Positions 17,234 through 26,571 of a stretch of 32,000 bases of DNA are shown one piece after another. Origin of the DNA: Halomicronema hongdechloris C2206 (GTDB lineage Bacteria; Cyanobacteriota; Cyanobacteriia; Phormidesmidales; Phormidesmidaceae); the NCBI RefSeq assembly GCF_002075285.3, contig NZ_CP021983.2:2370001-2402000 (forward strand). The letters are read 5' to 3'. Under the pieces are notes generated by a model. That model was not told where the DNA came from. It did not search any database and saw only the letters and a list, made by a program, of their open reading frames with translations. Each line of letters opens with the position of its first letter. Positions within the stretch are counted from its first letter, which is position 1. A program made the position numbers and the translations under genes.

Positions 17234-18154
17234 ATGATCCGTACCTCGACTTCATCCGACACAGGATTGCCCATGGCTGACCACGCTAATCAGTTTCTCG
17301 TTCGTTTCTGGGGAGTTCGGGGTAGCATTGCTTGCCCTGGGCCCCAGACGGTTCGCTATGGCGGCAATACGTCCTGTGTGGAAATGTTGGTGGCAGGACA
17401 GCGGTTGATCTTCGATGGGGGCACCGGGCTGCGGGCCTTGGGACTGGCCTTGTTGCCAGAAATGCCCCTGGAAGCCACCATGTTTTTTACCCACTCCCAC
17501 TGGGATCATATCCAGGGATTTCCCTTCTTTGTGCCCGCCTTCGTGCCCGGTAATCGATTCGATATCTACGGTGCGATCGCACCCAATGGCTCCACCATTG
17601 AACAGCGGCTCAACGATCAGATGCTGCACCCCAACTTTCCAGTGCCGCTACAGGTCATGGGGGCCGATCTCAAGTTCCGCGACATCGACATCGGCGAGAT
17701 AGTTCGCCTGGGCGACATCACCGTAGAAAACTCCCTGCTGAATCATCCCGGTGAAGCCATCGGCTATCGGGTCACCTGGAATCACCATAGTGTTGCCTAC
17801 ATCACTGATACCGAGCATTTCCCCGACCGCCTCGACGAAAACGTCCTGTGGTTAGCCCGCGATGCCGACATTGCCATCTACGATGCTACCTACACCGACG
17901 AAGAATACAACCATCCCAAAACCAGTAAAGTGGGCTGGGGGCATTCCACTTGGCAAGAAGCCGTGAAAGTGGCCAAGGAAGCCAACGTCAAAACCCTGGT
18001 GATTTTCCACCATGACCCTATCCATGACGATGCCTTCATGGATAACACCGTCGCTAATACCGACAAAGCCTTTCCCAATAGCATTGTGGCCAAGGAAGGC
18101 ATGGTTTTAAATGCCCTTGACCCCGACGCTAGACTGGTCTGCAATCCGGCCTAA
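17234..18154 (+). CDS. MBL-fold metallo-hydrolase
   Basis: 306-aa ORF with FWGVRGS..GGNTSC and the THSHWDH (HxHxDH) zinc motif. An alternative start is the ATG at 17273 (MADHANQ). Confidence 0.88.
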   Translation: MIRTSTSSDTGLPMADHANQFLVRFWGVRGSIACPGPQTVRYGGNTSCVEMLVAGQRLIFDGGTGLRALGLALLPEMPLEATMFFTHSHWDHIQGFPFFVPAFVPGNRFDIYGAIAPNGSTIEQRLNDQMLHPNFPVPLQVMGADLKFRDIDIGEIVRLGDITVENSLLNHPGEAIGYRVTWNHHSVAYITDTEHFPDRLDENVLWLARDADIAIYDATYTDEEYNHPKTSKVGWGHSTWQEAVKVAKEANVKTLVIFHHDPIHDDAFMDNTVANTDKAFPNSIVAKEGMVLNALDPDARLVCNPA

Positions 18155-18225
18155 GCTGGCGAAGGATAGCAACCACTCCCTAACCTTTTTCCGGGAGAGC
18201 ACGAAAATGTGTCAAAATGTAAAGC

Positions 18226-19326
18226 GTGTGGTTAACGTCTTCTCTCTCCACGGCTAAGACCCCAACCCTGATTGCGTTGGGGAACTTTGATGGTGTGCAT
18301 CGGGGCCACCAGCAGGTGATCCAACCGGTCTTGGAGCAGCGCCAGCGGCTGGCCACATCGCCACTGTCCCGTCAAGGCATGGATGCGGGTAGCGGTAGCT
18401 CCTCCCTCGGCCTGTCTGTACAGGGTTATAGCGATCGCCAGGGGCTTCTCTTCCCATCACCAACAGCCCTCGTCCCTAGCCAGCCTGCCGAGCTAGACAC
18501 CACTGCCACCAGCCAATCCTTGGCTACCGTCCTAACTTTCTATCCCCATCCTCAAGAATTCTTCTCCGGCTTGCCCCGGTCCCTGCTGACGCCGTTAGAT
18601 GAAAAGGCCCTACAGCTGCAAAGCCTGGGGATCGAGCAACTAGTGCTCTTGCCCTTCAACCAAGAGTTGGCCCAGCTCAGTCCCCAATCCTTCGTAGATG
18701 ATATTTTGATCCATCGGCTGCAGGCTCAACACATCAGTGTGGGGGAAGACTTTCGCTTCGGGCATCAACGGCGAGGAGATGTGGACTATCTCCAGCGCCT
18801 GGCCCGCCACCATGGCATCGCAGTCACCGTCGTGCCTCTGGAGCGCAGGGGTCAGGGGCGCATCAGCAGCTCCCGCATTCGCCAGGCCCTGGAGTCAGGG
18901 CAGCTCGACGAAGCCGAACATCTGTTGGGACGCCCTTATCAGCTCAGCGGTCGAGTGGTCTATGGTCAGCGCCTGGGCCATCAACTGGGGTTTCCCACCG
19001 CCAATTTACACCTATCTCCAGATAAGTTTGTGCCCCGCTGTGGCGTCTACAGCGTCCAAGTCTATGGAGCACAGGATGATTTAGAGACGGGGTGGCCAGG
19101 GGTGATGAACATCGGTTATCGCCCCACGGTGAATGGGGTCAGCCGTACCATTGAGGTACATTTGTTAAAGTGGCAAGGCGACCTCTACAACCGCACCCTC
19201 ACCGTCTACCTCAACAGTTTCATCCGGCCAGAGCACAAATTTGAGTCCTTAGATCATCTCAAAGCCCAGATTCAGGCCGACTGTGAAGCGGCCACAGCAG
19301 CTCTCATGGTAGGCAATTGTCCCTGA
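18226..19326 (+). CDS. ribF: Bifunctional riboflavin kinase / FMN adenylyltransferase
   Basis: GNFDGVHRGHQ (FMNAT motif), FYPHPQEFF, GFPTANL and TIEVHLL (riboflavin kinase). GTG start. It carries an unusual insert of about 55 aa (see findings). Confidence 0.92.
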   Translation: MWLTSSLSTAKTPTLIALGNFDGVHRGHQQVIQPVLEQRQRLATSPLSRQGMDAGSGSSSLGLSVQGYSDRQGLLFPSPTALVPSQPAELDTTATSQSLATVLTFYPHPQEFFSGLPRSLLTPLDEKALQLQSLGIEQLVLLPFNQELAQLSPQSFVDDILIHRLQAQHISVGEDFRFGHQRRGDVDYLQRLARHHGIAVTVVPLERRGQGRISSSRIRQALESGQLDEAEHLLGRPYQLSGRVVYGQRLGHQLGFPTANLHLSPDKFVPRCGVYSVQVYGAQDDLETGWPGVMNIGYRPTVNGVSRTIEVHLLKWQGDLYNRTLTVYLNSFIRPEHKFESLDHLKAQIQADCEAATAALMVGNCP

Positions 19327-19364
19327 ATCAGGTCATGATATGCCTATCTGAAGAGAGTCAGGGC

Positions 19365-20276
19365 ATGCGCGAGCGAATCGATCAGTTACTCCAAAATCTT
19401 GATAAGACCATCGTGGGCAAGCAACGGGCCATCCGGTTGGTCTTGGTGGCCTTATTTTCAGGGGGCCATGCTCTCCTAGAAGACGTCCCTGGGGTGGGCA
19501 AAACCCTATTGGCCAAGTCATTGGCTCGTTGCATCGACGGCAAGTTCCAACGACTGCAATGCACCCCCGATCTACTGCCCACAGATATCACCGGCACCAA
19601 TATCTGGAACCCCAGCAGCGGCGAGTTTCAGTTCATGGCTGGCCCCGTCTTTGCCAACGTGCTGCTGGCCGATGAAATTAACCGGGCCACTCCCCGCACC
19701 CAGTCGGCATTACTGGAGGTGATGGAAGAACAGCAGGTGACCATCGATGGCATCTCCAGACCGGTGCAAGAGCCCTTCTTCGTGATTGCCACTCAGAACC
19801 CGGTGGAGTATCAGGGGACTTTTCCGCTGCCAGAGGCCCAGATGGACCGATTCACCCTGTCTTTTAGCCTGGGGTATCCGTCCCATACGGAGGAGTTAGA
19901 AATGCTGCAACGACTGCAGCATATGATTGCCCCAGAGGCCTTGACGCCCTGCATTACTCCGGAGGAGGTGCAGGTTCTGCAGCGCCAGTGTACTCAAGTG
20001 CGGATTGAAACCTCTCTGCAACAGTATCTGCTAGAACTGGTGCGCCTGACCCGTACCCATGAGCAGGTGACGCTGGGCGTTAGCCCTCGGGGCAGCGTGG
20101 CCTTCTACCGAGCGGTACAAGCCTTGGCGTTCTTAGAGGACCGGGACTATGCTTTGCCAGATGATATTAAATTCTTGGCGCCCTACGTCCTAGCCCATCG
20201 CCTGATCCCTAGCGGTGGTCATCAGGGAGGTCAGATTGTGGCGGACCTACTCTCGACCATCGCCGTACCGAGGTGA
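19365..20276 (+). CDS. MoxR-family AAA+ ATPase
   Basis: Walker A LEDVPGVGKT, Walker B LLADEINRA, and IATQNP; about 300 aa. The ORF track starts at a TTG (19317) that overlaps ribF. ATG 19365 (MRERIDQLL...) fits typical MoxR N-termini. Confidence 0.9.
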   Translation: MRERIDQLLQNLDKTIVGKQRAIRLVLVALFSGGHALLEDVPGVGKTLLAKSLARCIDGKFQRLQCTPDLLPTDITGTNIWNPSSGEFQFMAGPVFANVLLADEINRATPRTQSALLEVMEEQQVTIDGISRPVQEPFFVIATQNPVEYQGTFPLPEAQMDRFTLSFSLGYPSHTEELEMLQRLQHMIAPEALTPCITPEEVQVLQRQCTQVRIETSLQQYLLELVRLTRTHEQVTLGVSPRGSVAFYRAVQALAFLEDRDYALPDDIKFLAPYVLAHRLIPSGGHQGGQIVADLLSTIAVPR

Positions 20277-20317
20277 TGGCGTGCCTTGTGATCATCTGGT
20301 TGGGCAGTGGATACCCA

Positions 20318-20536
20318 TCAGCATTCAACTTCGTCTAGACGGAAGCTATAGATGGCTTGATACCCCAGTTCATCGACATAAATCTCAGAACCGTCTGAAT
20401 TGCAGAGATATACCAGCACTTCAGGGTCAGACTCTGTAGCAATAATGCCGGCTACTTTGCCGAAGTAGAAGGTCTCAGGACTGGTGATTGTGGGGCGAAA
20501 GGGTTGCTTCAGGCGAACCAAATCGCCGACCTTCAT
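20318..20536 (-). CDS. Small hypothetical protein (72 aa)
   Basis: The ORF MKVGDLVRLKQPF... has an ATG that overlaps the stop of the upstream 86-aa ORF (ATGA, 20533-20536), which suggests translational coupling. Confidence 0.65.
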   Translation of the reverse strand: MKVGDLVRLKQPFRPTITSPETFYFGKVAGIIATESDPEVLVYLCNSDGSEIYVDELGYQAIYSFRLDEVEC

Positions 20537-20793
20537 TGACTATCTCCAAAGCCAGAAATTTGCAATTGCACCTTACTATGCTTGAGTTCGTTCCAGAGGT
20601 GGTCGATGCGCTCAAAGGCTTCATCTAATGTCAGCTTGCCATTGGTATTCAGATTGCTGATGTAGCTTACTTGCTGCGCAAATTCTTGCAGATTGGCATT
20701 AAAGACCAACTGCTCTGGCTTCACCGGGCCACGATAGGGGGCATGGGGATATAGGAAGTTGTGCATTGAGTGATCCATCGGTGATGCCTCCAT
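20533..20793 (-). CDS. Small hypothetical protein (86 aa), apparently cyanobacterial-conserved
   Basis: The block LVFNANLQEFAQQVSYISNLNTNGKLTLDEAFERIDHLWNELKHSK resembles small conserved cyanobacterial proteins I recall. No function is known to me. Confidence 0.65.
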   Translation of the reverse strand: MEASPMDHSMHNFLYPHAPYRGPVKPEQLVFNANLQEFAQQVSYISNLNTNGKLTLDEAFERIDHLWNELKHSKVQLQISGFGDSQ

Positions 20794-21100
20794 CGAGCTC
20801 AGAAGTATGCCAGCTTATCGAGAAGCAATCGCAGTCTGATCCCCAGCTTAACGCTGACTTTCTGATCTGTTAATCTTCTCTTAACTAAAGGCAAGCTGTC
20901 GGGCTGGCTCAGGTACGAGTCCCGCAGCCTCGAGGTGGGTCAGGCCTTGGGTGCGATCGCACCCCATTTCTAAGTCCCGCACCAGCCAGATTACTGTGAT
21001 TCCGAGGAGCCAATAGCACCAGCAGGTGCAGCGACTAGGGTTTGCCTTAAGCCTTGTGACCTTATACTTTAGATCCATCTCTTTGATCAGAGGTGCTTGG

Positions 21101-21754
21101 ATGGCAGTTGCAGCTCCAGAACCCACGTCTGATATTCAGCCCATCGGTGAGCAACGGGTCCTGCTGCGCGGCTTGTCCTGGGAGGACTATTTGCAGATTC
21201 TAGATGCGCTGCCCCAGTCCCGCGGGTCTCGTTTGACCTTCGATGATGGCATTTTGCAGATCACTGTACCGCTAGAAGATCATGAGTTTGTGGGGCGGTT
21301 GATTGAACGGTTCATTCTAACGCTGGTGGAACTCATGGACCTGCGGCTGAAAACGATGGGGTCTACCACCATGAACTTTCCCCACCTGAGCAAAGGGGCA
21401 GAACCAGATAACGCTTACTACATTCAAAATCAACCGTTGGTGAAGGGGCGAAATGTGGACCTGAGCCGAGATCCACCCCCAGACCTAGTGGTCGAAGTCG
21501 ATATCACCCACACGGATGTTGCCAAGAACCAGTTCTACGCCAGTTTGGAGATTCCAGAGTTTTGGCGATTCAACGGTAAAGTCTGGCGGATCTATCGGCT
21601 CCAGGAAGGGGTTTATGTCGAGGTGGACGCAAGCCCAACTTTTCCTGAGGTACCGAAGGGCTGGTTATATCGATTTCTGGAGCAGGCTAGGGAGGATGAA
21701 ATCAAGGCGGTGCAAGCTTTGAGAGGTTGGTGGCACCAGGACAGGGCTGACTAA
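21101..21754 (+). CDS. Uma2 family (DUF820) putative restriction-endonuclease-like protein
   Basis: MAVAAPEP...WEDYLQILDAL...GILQITVP...EPDNAYYI...PPDLVVEVDITHTD...YASLEIPEFWRF has the typical Uma2 layout, including the PD-(D/E)xK-like DLVVEVD. I prefer ATG 21101 (GAGGTG upstream) to the 21026 start in the track. Confidence 0.88.
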   Translation: MAVAAPEPTSDIQPIGEQRVLLRGLSWEDYLQILDALPQSRGSRLTFDDGILQITVPLEDHEFVGRLIERFILTLVELMDLRLKTMGSTTMNFPHLSKGAEPDNAYYIQNQPLVKGRNVDLSRDPPPDLVVEVDITHTDVAKNQFYASLEIPEFWRFNGKVWRIYRLQEGVYVEVDASPTFPEVPKGWLYRFLEQAREDEIKAVQALRGWWHQDRAD

Positions 21755-21890
21755 CCCTCAGGAAGGAGATATCCCTCCCAGTGCCGCGATCGCAAAAATG
21801 ATGGTCCTGCGTGAACGTTGTTTTCGAAGATTTAAAGCTGTAGCCAGTCAGGTTAGGACATGCCAGATCAGTGAATTCTTTGCGTAGCAA

Positions 21891-22009
21891 GCCTTCTGCC
21901 TTCTGCCTTCTGCCTTCTGCCTTCTGCCTTCTGCCTTCTGCCTTCTGCCTTCTGCCTTCTGCCTTCTGCCTTCTGCCTTCTGCCTTCTGCCTTCTGCCTT
22001 CTGCCTTTC
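21891..22009. repeat. Heptanucleotide tandem repeat GCCTTCT x16 perfect plus 1 degenerate (STRR-like)
   Basis: Counted directly: 21891-22002 is 16 x 7 nt with no mismatch, followed by gcctttc at 22003-22009. Confidence 0.97.
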
Positions 22010-22095
22010 GCCATAACTGTGGCATCTGAATCGTACAAATACTGATCCCGAGCCGTGGTTTATCATGGGATTAAGGATGAACTTTTGTAAAAACT

Positions 22096-22719
22096 TTGAC
22101 TTCGGCTTTTCAGTCTGAGGAGAACACTACCCTATCCCAAGCCTGGCATTCTCTGTCCCCCCTCTGGCAGGGCGGAGAACCTGTTGTACAGCGCGGGCTG
22201 CCCCATGATCAGCTGTCTCCGGCCTGGCAGATGTTACTACTCGGCGATGGCTCCCCTACTCGGCACCTCCATCTGCTGACCCGGGAACGCACCGAGGTCG
22301 ATGTGATTGATATGTCGTTGATCGGCATGGATCTGGACAATGCCCCTGACATCATTCGGGTGGTGCCAGGGCCGCGGTTGCGACGGCAAGTTTGGCTGCG
22401 GACAGCTTCGGGACAGCGGTTGGCCTATGCGGCCTCTTGGTGGGAAGCCAGCCATGTGGATGAGTACTTGCAGAATCGTTCCCTACCCATCTGGGCTAAT
22501 TTGACCCGGCTGCGCACCGAATTATATCGAGATATTCAAGGGATATACTATGGCCACTCTACAGCCCTAGCGCGAGCGTTTGGCGAATCGGGGCCATTTT
22601 GGGGACGCCATTATCTGTTTTGGCACCATGGCACGCCGCTGACCCTGATCTATGAGGTGTTTTCTCCGTATCTGACTCGATATTTGGGGTCAACCCGAGG
22701 CGCTTCTGAATCGGCGTAG
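22096..22719 (+). CDS. Chorismate lyase (UbiC-like, DUF98), the cyanobacterial plastoquinone-pathway type
   Basis: LLLGDGSPTRHLHLLT, RRQVWL, YAASWW and LIYEVFSP blocks are characteristic of the chorismate pyruvate-lyase family. TTG start. Confidence 0.85.
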   Translation: MTSAFQSEENTTLSQAWHSLSPLWQGGEPVVQRGLPHDQLSPAWQMLLLGDGSPTRHLHLLTRERTEVDVIDMSLIGMDLDNAPDIIRVVPGPRLRRQVWLRTASGQRLAYAASWWEASHVDEYLQNRSLPIWANLTRLRTELYRDIQGIYYGHSTALARAFGESGPFWGRHYLFWHHGTPLTLIYEVFSPYLTRYLGSTRGASESA

Positions 22720-22720
22720 C

Positions 22721-24895
22721 CTAGGCGCAGGAAGAGGTGATGTGACGGGCCTGACGCAGGTAGGCTAGGGTATGCTTCAGAGCCTGACGGGTAGTGTCAT
22801 CGCCTTGTTGCGCCAGCCAATAGTTAGCCTGTTCTAGATCGGCGATGGCTTGGTCATACTGCCCTTGGCGTTGGTAGATAGCACCGCGATAGCAGTAGGG
22901 CCAGGGGTTGTCTGTCGCTAAGGCGATGGCAGTGCTGAAATCGGGCAGCGCTGCTGCCAGGTCATCTAGCTTTTGCAGGGCACTGCCCCGGTAAAAGTAG
23001 GCCAGGGCAGTATCGGGAGCTTGGTCTATGGCGACGGTAAAGTCGTCTATGGCGGTGGTGTATTGCCCCTGTTCCAGCCGTAGCCAGCCTCGGTTACAAC
23101 GGCTAGTGACGAGGGTGGGATGGTGGCGTAGGGCCTGGTTAAAGTCGGCCATAGCAGCCTGGGGCTGGCCCTGTTCCCAGTGGGCCACACCTCGATCGTT
23201 GTAGGCAATGGCATCTCCCGGCATCAGTTGCAGGACTTGGCTGAGATCTGCGATCGCACCGGCCACATCCCGCAGGTCATAACGGGTGGTGCCCCGGTTG
23301 AAGTAAGCAGTGGCATCCTGGGGGTCGATGGTGGGGGTTTCGAATCGCTGAATCAGCCGATCAATTACCACTGGATCGCTGGTGCGTAGCTTCAGGTCGA
23401 CCGTGGCCACGGCAGTGCTCTGGGTCTGCAAAGGCTGTAGCCCCAGGATGGCAAAGGTGCGATCGCAGACCAGAAAACCTTCTTGGGTGCCCAACACCTT
23501 AAACTTAAACCGTTCAGGATAGGCTTGTTTCAACGGCAGCAAACGATTCAGTACCGTTTTCAGCAATTTCAGTCGCCCCGACTCAATGCCCCAGCGCTGA
23601 CTAATACTGCGCAATAAATATCCCTGTTGGCGGTCCCTGGGATGGCACCAGCCAATCTCTAAGGTGCAAGCGCGATTGAGCACATGTTGAAACCGCTGCA
23701 CCAAAGACTCATCCACATCCTCAGCCCGAGACCAGGGACAGATGACCAATAACCGTTGCTGGGTCTGGCTCAGGGCCTGTTCCAAAACCCGGCGGCCAGC
23801 CATCGTTGAGGTCAGCTCCTCAGCCGCGGTGGCAAATTCCACAATCCAGGGAGAGCCGCCATGGCCTGTCGGATCGATACCTCCTAGAGATTGCTGCAAC
23901 TGTCGCTCCACGGCAACCATATTCAGCTCGGTGAGATCAAGCCGGTTAGATAACTGGGCTACTTGAGGCCATTGGCTTTCTAAGCTGTCGAGCCGCTGCT
24001 GTAGCGCCGTTAACTCAGCCGCAGTGGTATTTTTTACCTGCTCCGCCACCATAGTCGACTCAGGCACGGCTGTTGGGGCAACCTGTAGCCAATCCAAACG
24101 CTGCCGCAGCCCTTCATACTGCCTGGCTAACTCCTCCAAGCGCTTAAACAGATCGGCCGCCTGTCGTCGTGGCACCCGATCCGCCACAGCCCGGGTCAAC
24201 TCCTGCAACTCTTGCCGCATCATCGGAGCGTCTGGTGTCTGGGGGATCTGCCGCATCTGCCGTTCTAGATGTTGTACCGCCTCCCGTAGCTGCGTCAGCG
24301 TGGTGCGGGTTTCCCTACCCAGAGTGTCCCAATTCACCCCCATTCGCATCGCCTCTGTCTTCAACTGAGCAATGTCAGCCTCGGCGGCCTCCATACGAGT
24401 AGTGGTGGCAAAGCGCTGTATCTGATGGTTGAGGGTATTGACCGACGAACAGAGGTAGGTGTACTGATCCTGCAACTGGCCCATGTCTTGGTACAGTTGG
24501 CTCAGATCAGGCTCCTTCAGGGTGTCTAAATGCTCATAGAGATGCAGACGCAGAGACTCTAAATCTCGACACAGTCGCACGAAGTTGCGATCGCTGCGCT
24601 CCCGGATCGAGCGTTGAAACTGAGTCAGTGACTCCGCCGTAGGCAGCGCCCATAGCTGCCCCTGCAGGTTTTGCCACTGGCCGATTTGCTCCTGCTTCAG
24701 GGCCGTCAATGCCTCCTCTGTCTGCTCCGCATGGTGCTGGAAGCGGCGACGATTAAAGAGCCCGACAGCCACCAATAGGGTCAGCGGAGCCGAGGCATAA
24801 AAGACATTTTGCAGGGCCACCGACGTGATTGCCCCGGCCCCTGAGCCTAGCAGCAAGACATACTCTGTAAAATCAAGCCAGCTCCGCTGTTTCAC
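22721..24895 (-). CDS. Membrane-anchored coiled-coil protein with a central PLD-like (degenerate HKD) region and C-terminal TPR repeats
   Basis: 724-aa ORF. It has 2 N-terminal TM helices and about 260 aa of heptad-like Q/L/E-rich sequence. The central block RLLVICPW...FKFKVLGTQEGFLVCDRTFAILG follows a PLD-like pattern with H and K replaced. About 5 TPR units (AYFNRG, AYNDRG, CNRGW, AYFYRG, CYRGAIY) close the protein. Confidence 0.85.
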   Translation of the reverse strand: MKQRSWLDFTEYVLLLGSGAGAITSVALQNVFYASAPLTLLVAVGLFNRRRFQHHAEQTEEALTALKQEQIGQWQNLQGQLWALPTAESLTQFQRSIRERSDRNFVRLCRDLESLRLHLYEHLDTLKEPDLSQLYQDMGQLQDQYTYLCSSVNTLNHQIQRFATTTRMEAAEADIAQLKTEAMRMGVNWDTLGRETRTTLTQLREAVQHLERQMRQIPQTPDAPMMRQELQELTRAVADRVPRRQAADLFKRLEELARQYEGLRQRLDWLQVAPTAVPESTMVAEQVKNTTAAELTALQQRLDSLESQWPQVAQLSNRLDLTELNMVAVERQLQQSLGGIDPTGHGGSPWIVEFATAAEELTSTMAGRRVLEQALSQTQQRLLVICPWSRAEDVDESLVQRFQHVLNRACTLEIGWCHPRDRQQGYLLRSISQRWGIESGRLKLLKTVLNRLLPLKQAYPERFKFKVLGTQEGFLVCDRTFAILGLQPLQTQSTAVATVDLKLRTSDPVVIDRLIQRFETPTIDPQDATAYFNRGTTRYDLRDVAGAIADLSQVLQLMPGDAIAYNDRGVAHWEQGQPQAAMADFNQALRHHPTLVTSRCNRGWLRLEQGQYTTAIDDFTVAIDQAPDTALAYFYRGSALQKLDDLAAALPDFSTAIALATDNPWPYCYRGAIYQRQGQYDQAIADLEQANYWLAQQGDDTTRQALKHTLAYLRQARHITSSCA

Positions 24896-25012
24896 CGTTT
24901 TTGATCCCTGATGTAGACGGGATGGCCATGACCGTCAACAGGTGCAGAGCATCCCTGGTCACTTCAGATTTCAAGCCAGATCACGTCCCATCAGGATAAT
25001 TCGTCCCGGCGA

Positions 25013-25381
25013 CTACAGCACTCGAAAGATCAAGGGGTAGCGATAAACATTGTCCGGGTCTCGCAAGCTGGAAATAATTGCCCAGACCGGCAACCCAATC
25101 TGAGCTAAGAACAACGCCCCCAACAGCAGATATCCCACTAAAATCCAGGTCAAGATGCCAAAAATAATGCCATAGACCCAGACATTGAGATGAAAGTTAA
25201 GGGCTTCTCGAGCGTTGTCCTTGACGACGGGATCCTCAGAGATAAACCAAATGGCAATCGGAATCCCTGCCGTCAGCACCAAGGCACTGAAGAAAATCGA
25301 CCCATGGCTCAAGGCATTCAACAACTTACGCTTATCGCTATCGTAGGTTTGGCTTTGCATAATCAGATTCGTCCATGACAA
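25013..25381 (-). CDS. DUF4870-like small membrane protein
   Basis: 122 aa with 3-4 TM helices. The motif NAREALNFHLNVWVY resembles the DUF4870 signature as I recall it. Confidence 0.75.
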   Translation of the reverse strand: MSWTNLIMQSQTYDSDKRKLLNALSHGSIFFSALVLTAGIPIAIWFISEDPVVKDNAREALNFHLNVWVYGIIFGILTWILVGYLLLGALFLAQIGLPVWAIISSLRDPDNVYRYPLIFRVL

Positions 25382-25407
25382 CTATAGCCCCCCAGGACTC
25401 CTAAAGA

Positions 25408-26571
25408 TTAGTCCTGCAGTTCGGCCGTGCGCACGGTAAAGCGCTGACTCTGCTGACCCCGACGGACACCCACCTGTAGCGCCTGTCCCACACGGCTATT
25501 TTCTACCCGCTGCTGCAATTCATCGGCCGCAGTTACCGGTTCACCATCAACCTCGACAATCACATCCCCTCGCCGCAAACCGGCGGTCGCTGCCGGGGTA
25601 TTGGCCATGACCTGAACGATAAGCACCCCATTGACCTCAGGCAGCATGAACCCAGCATTGGGATCGGCATTACTGCGCCTAGCCAGATCCGGTGTCAAGG
25701 TGGCAATTTGTACCCCTAGGTAGGGATGGGCAATGGTTTCCCCTTGGGCTAAGCGTTGCGAAATCTCCTTAGCCTTATTGATAGGGATGGCGAAGCCGAT
25801 GCCCATGGCATCTGCCCGAATAGCCGTGTTGATACCCATCACCTCACCGGCTTGGTTCAGGAGTGGTCCGCCAGAATTGCCTGGGTTAATGGCCGCATCG
25901 GTCTGGATAAACTCCAATCGCTTGCCCGGAATTCCCACCGACGCACTGGAGCGCTTCAGGGTGCTAACAATGCCCAAGGTAACGGTGTTATCAAGGCCCA
26001 GAGGATTCCCGACAGCAATGGCCCAATCTCCCACCTCTACCTGGTCGGAATCCCCCAGAGGAGCTACTGGCAGCGGATCTTGGCCGGCGTCAATTCGGAC
26101 CACGGCCAAGTCTGTTAACTCGTCGGTGCCTTCCACGGTGCCCTCGAAGCGGCGACCATCCTTCAGGGTCACGGTGACTCGATCTGCCCCATTCACCACA
26201 TGGGCATTGGTTAAGACATTACCCTCGTCATCAATGATGAACCCAGATCCCTGACCCCGTAGTCGTTCTTCTTGGGGCATGCGCGGGAAGGCATCCGGTC
26301 CGAAAAATCCCCGAAAGAAGGGGTCATCAAAGAGGGGATCCGGCACATCACGGGTAATGGTTTTCTCGGTATCGATGCGGACCACCGCTGGTCCAACCCG
26401 GCGAATGGCAGTAGCCACAAAACTTTCGTCCGCCGTGGTGGCAGCGGCTTGGGCCGGGGCAGTAGGCATCCAAACCAGGCTACCCAGCAGGAGCGCCCCC
26501 AGCGCCACCAAGAGCCACCGCTTTAGGATGTTAAGGGAAAAATAGGGCAAAGCCATAGGTGTCGTCCTCAT
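25408..26571 (-). CDS. HtrA/DegP-family periplasmic serine protease with a PDZ domain (HhoA/HhoB/HtrA-type)
   Basis: Signal/TM segment, catalytic motifs TNAHVV, DLAVV and GNSGGPL, and a C-terminal PDZ domain ([13 protein letters not shown]). Confidence 0.94.
   Translation of the reverse strand: MRTTPMALPYFSLNILKRWLLVALGALLLGSLVWMPTAPAQAAATTADESFVATAIRRVGPAVVRIDTEKTITRDVPDPLFDDPFFRGFFGPDAFPRMPQEERLRGQGSGFIIDDEGNVLTNAHVVNGADRVTVTLKDGRRFEGTVEGTDELTDLAVVRIDAGQDPLPVAPLGDSDQVEVGDWAIAVGNPLGLDNTVTLGIVSTLKRSSASVGIPGKRLEFIQTDAAINPGNSGGPLLNQAGEVMGINTAIRADAMGIGFAIPINKAKEISQRLAQGETIAHPYLGVQIATLTPDLARRSNADPNAGFMLPEVNGVLIVQVMANTPAATAGLRRGDVIVEVDGEPVTAADELQQRVENSRVGQALQVGVRRGQQSQRFTVRTAELQD

Noticed and set aside
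20881-21126. 81-aa minus-strand ORF, and the 21026 start of the Uma2 ORF.
   Set aside because: The minus-strand ORF overlaps the Uma2 5' region and has no support. The Uma2 protein aligns to its family from MAVAAPEP (ATG 21101, preceded by GAGGTG), so the upstream extension is probably untranslated.
21702-22066. ORFs 21702..22025 and 21848..22066 (minus strand), which encode KAEGRRQ repeated many times.
   Set aside because: They are simply translations of the GCCTTCT x16 heptamer array. A 7-nt unit cycles through all three frames, and there is no start context or non-repeat domain.
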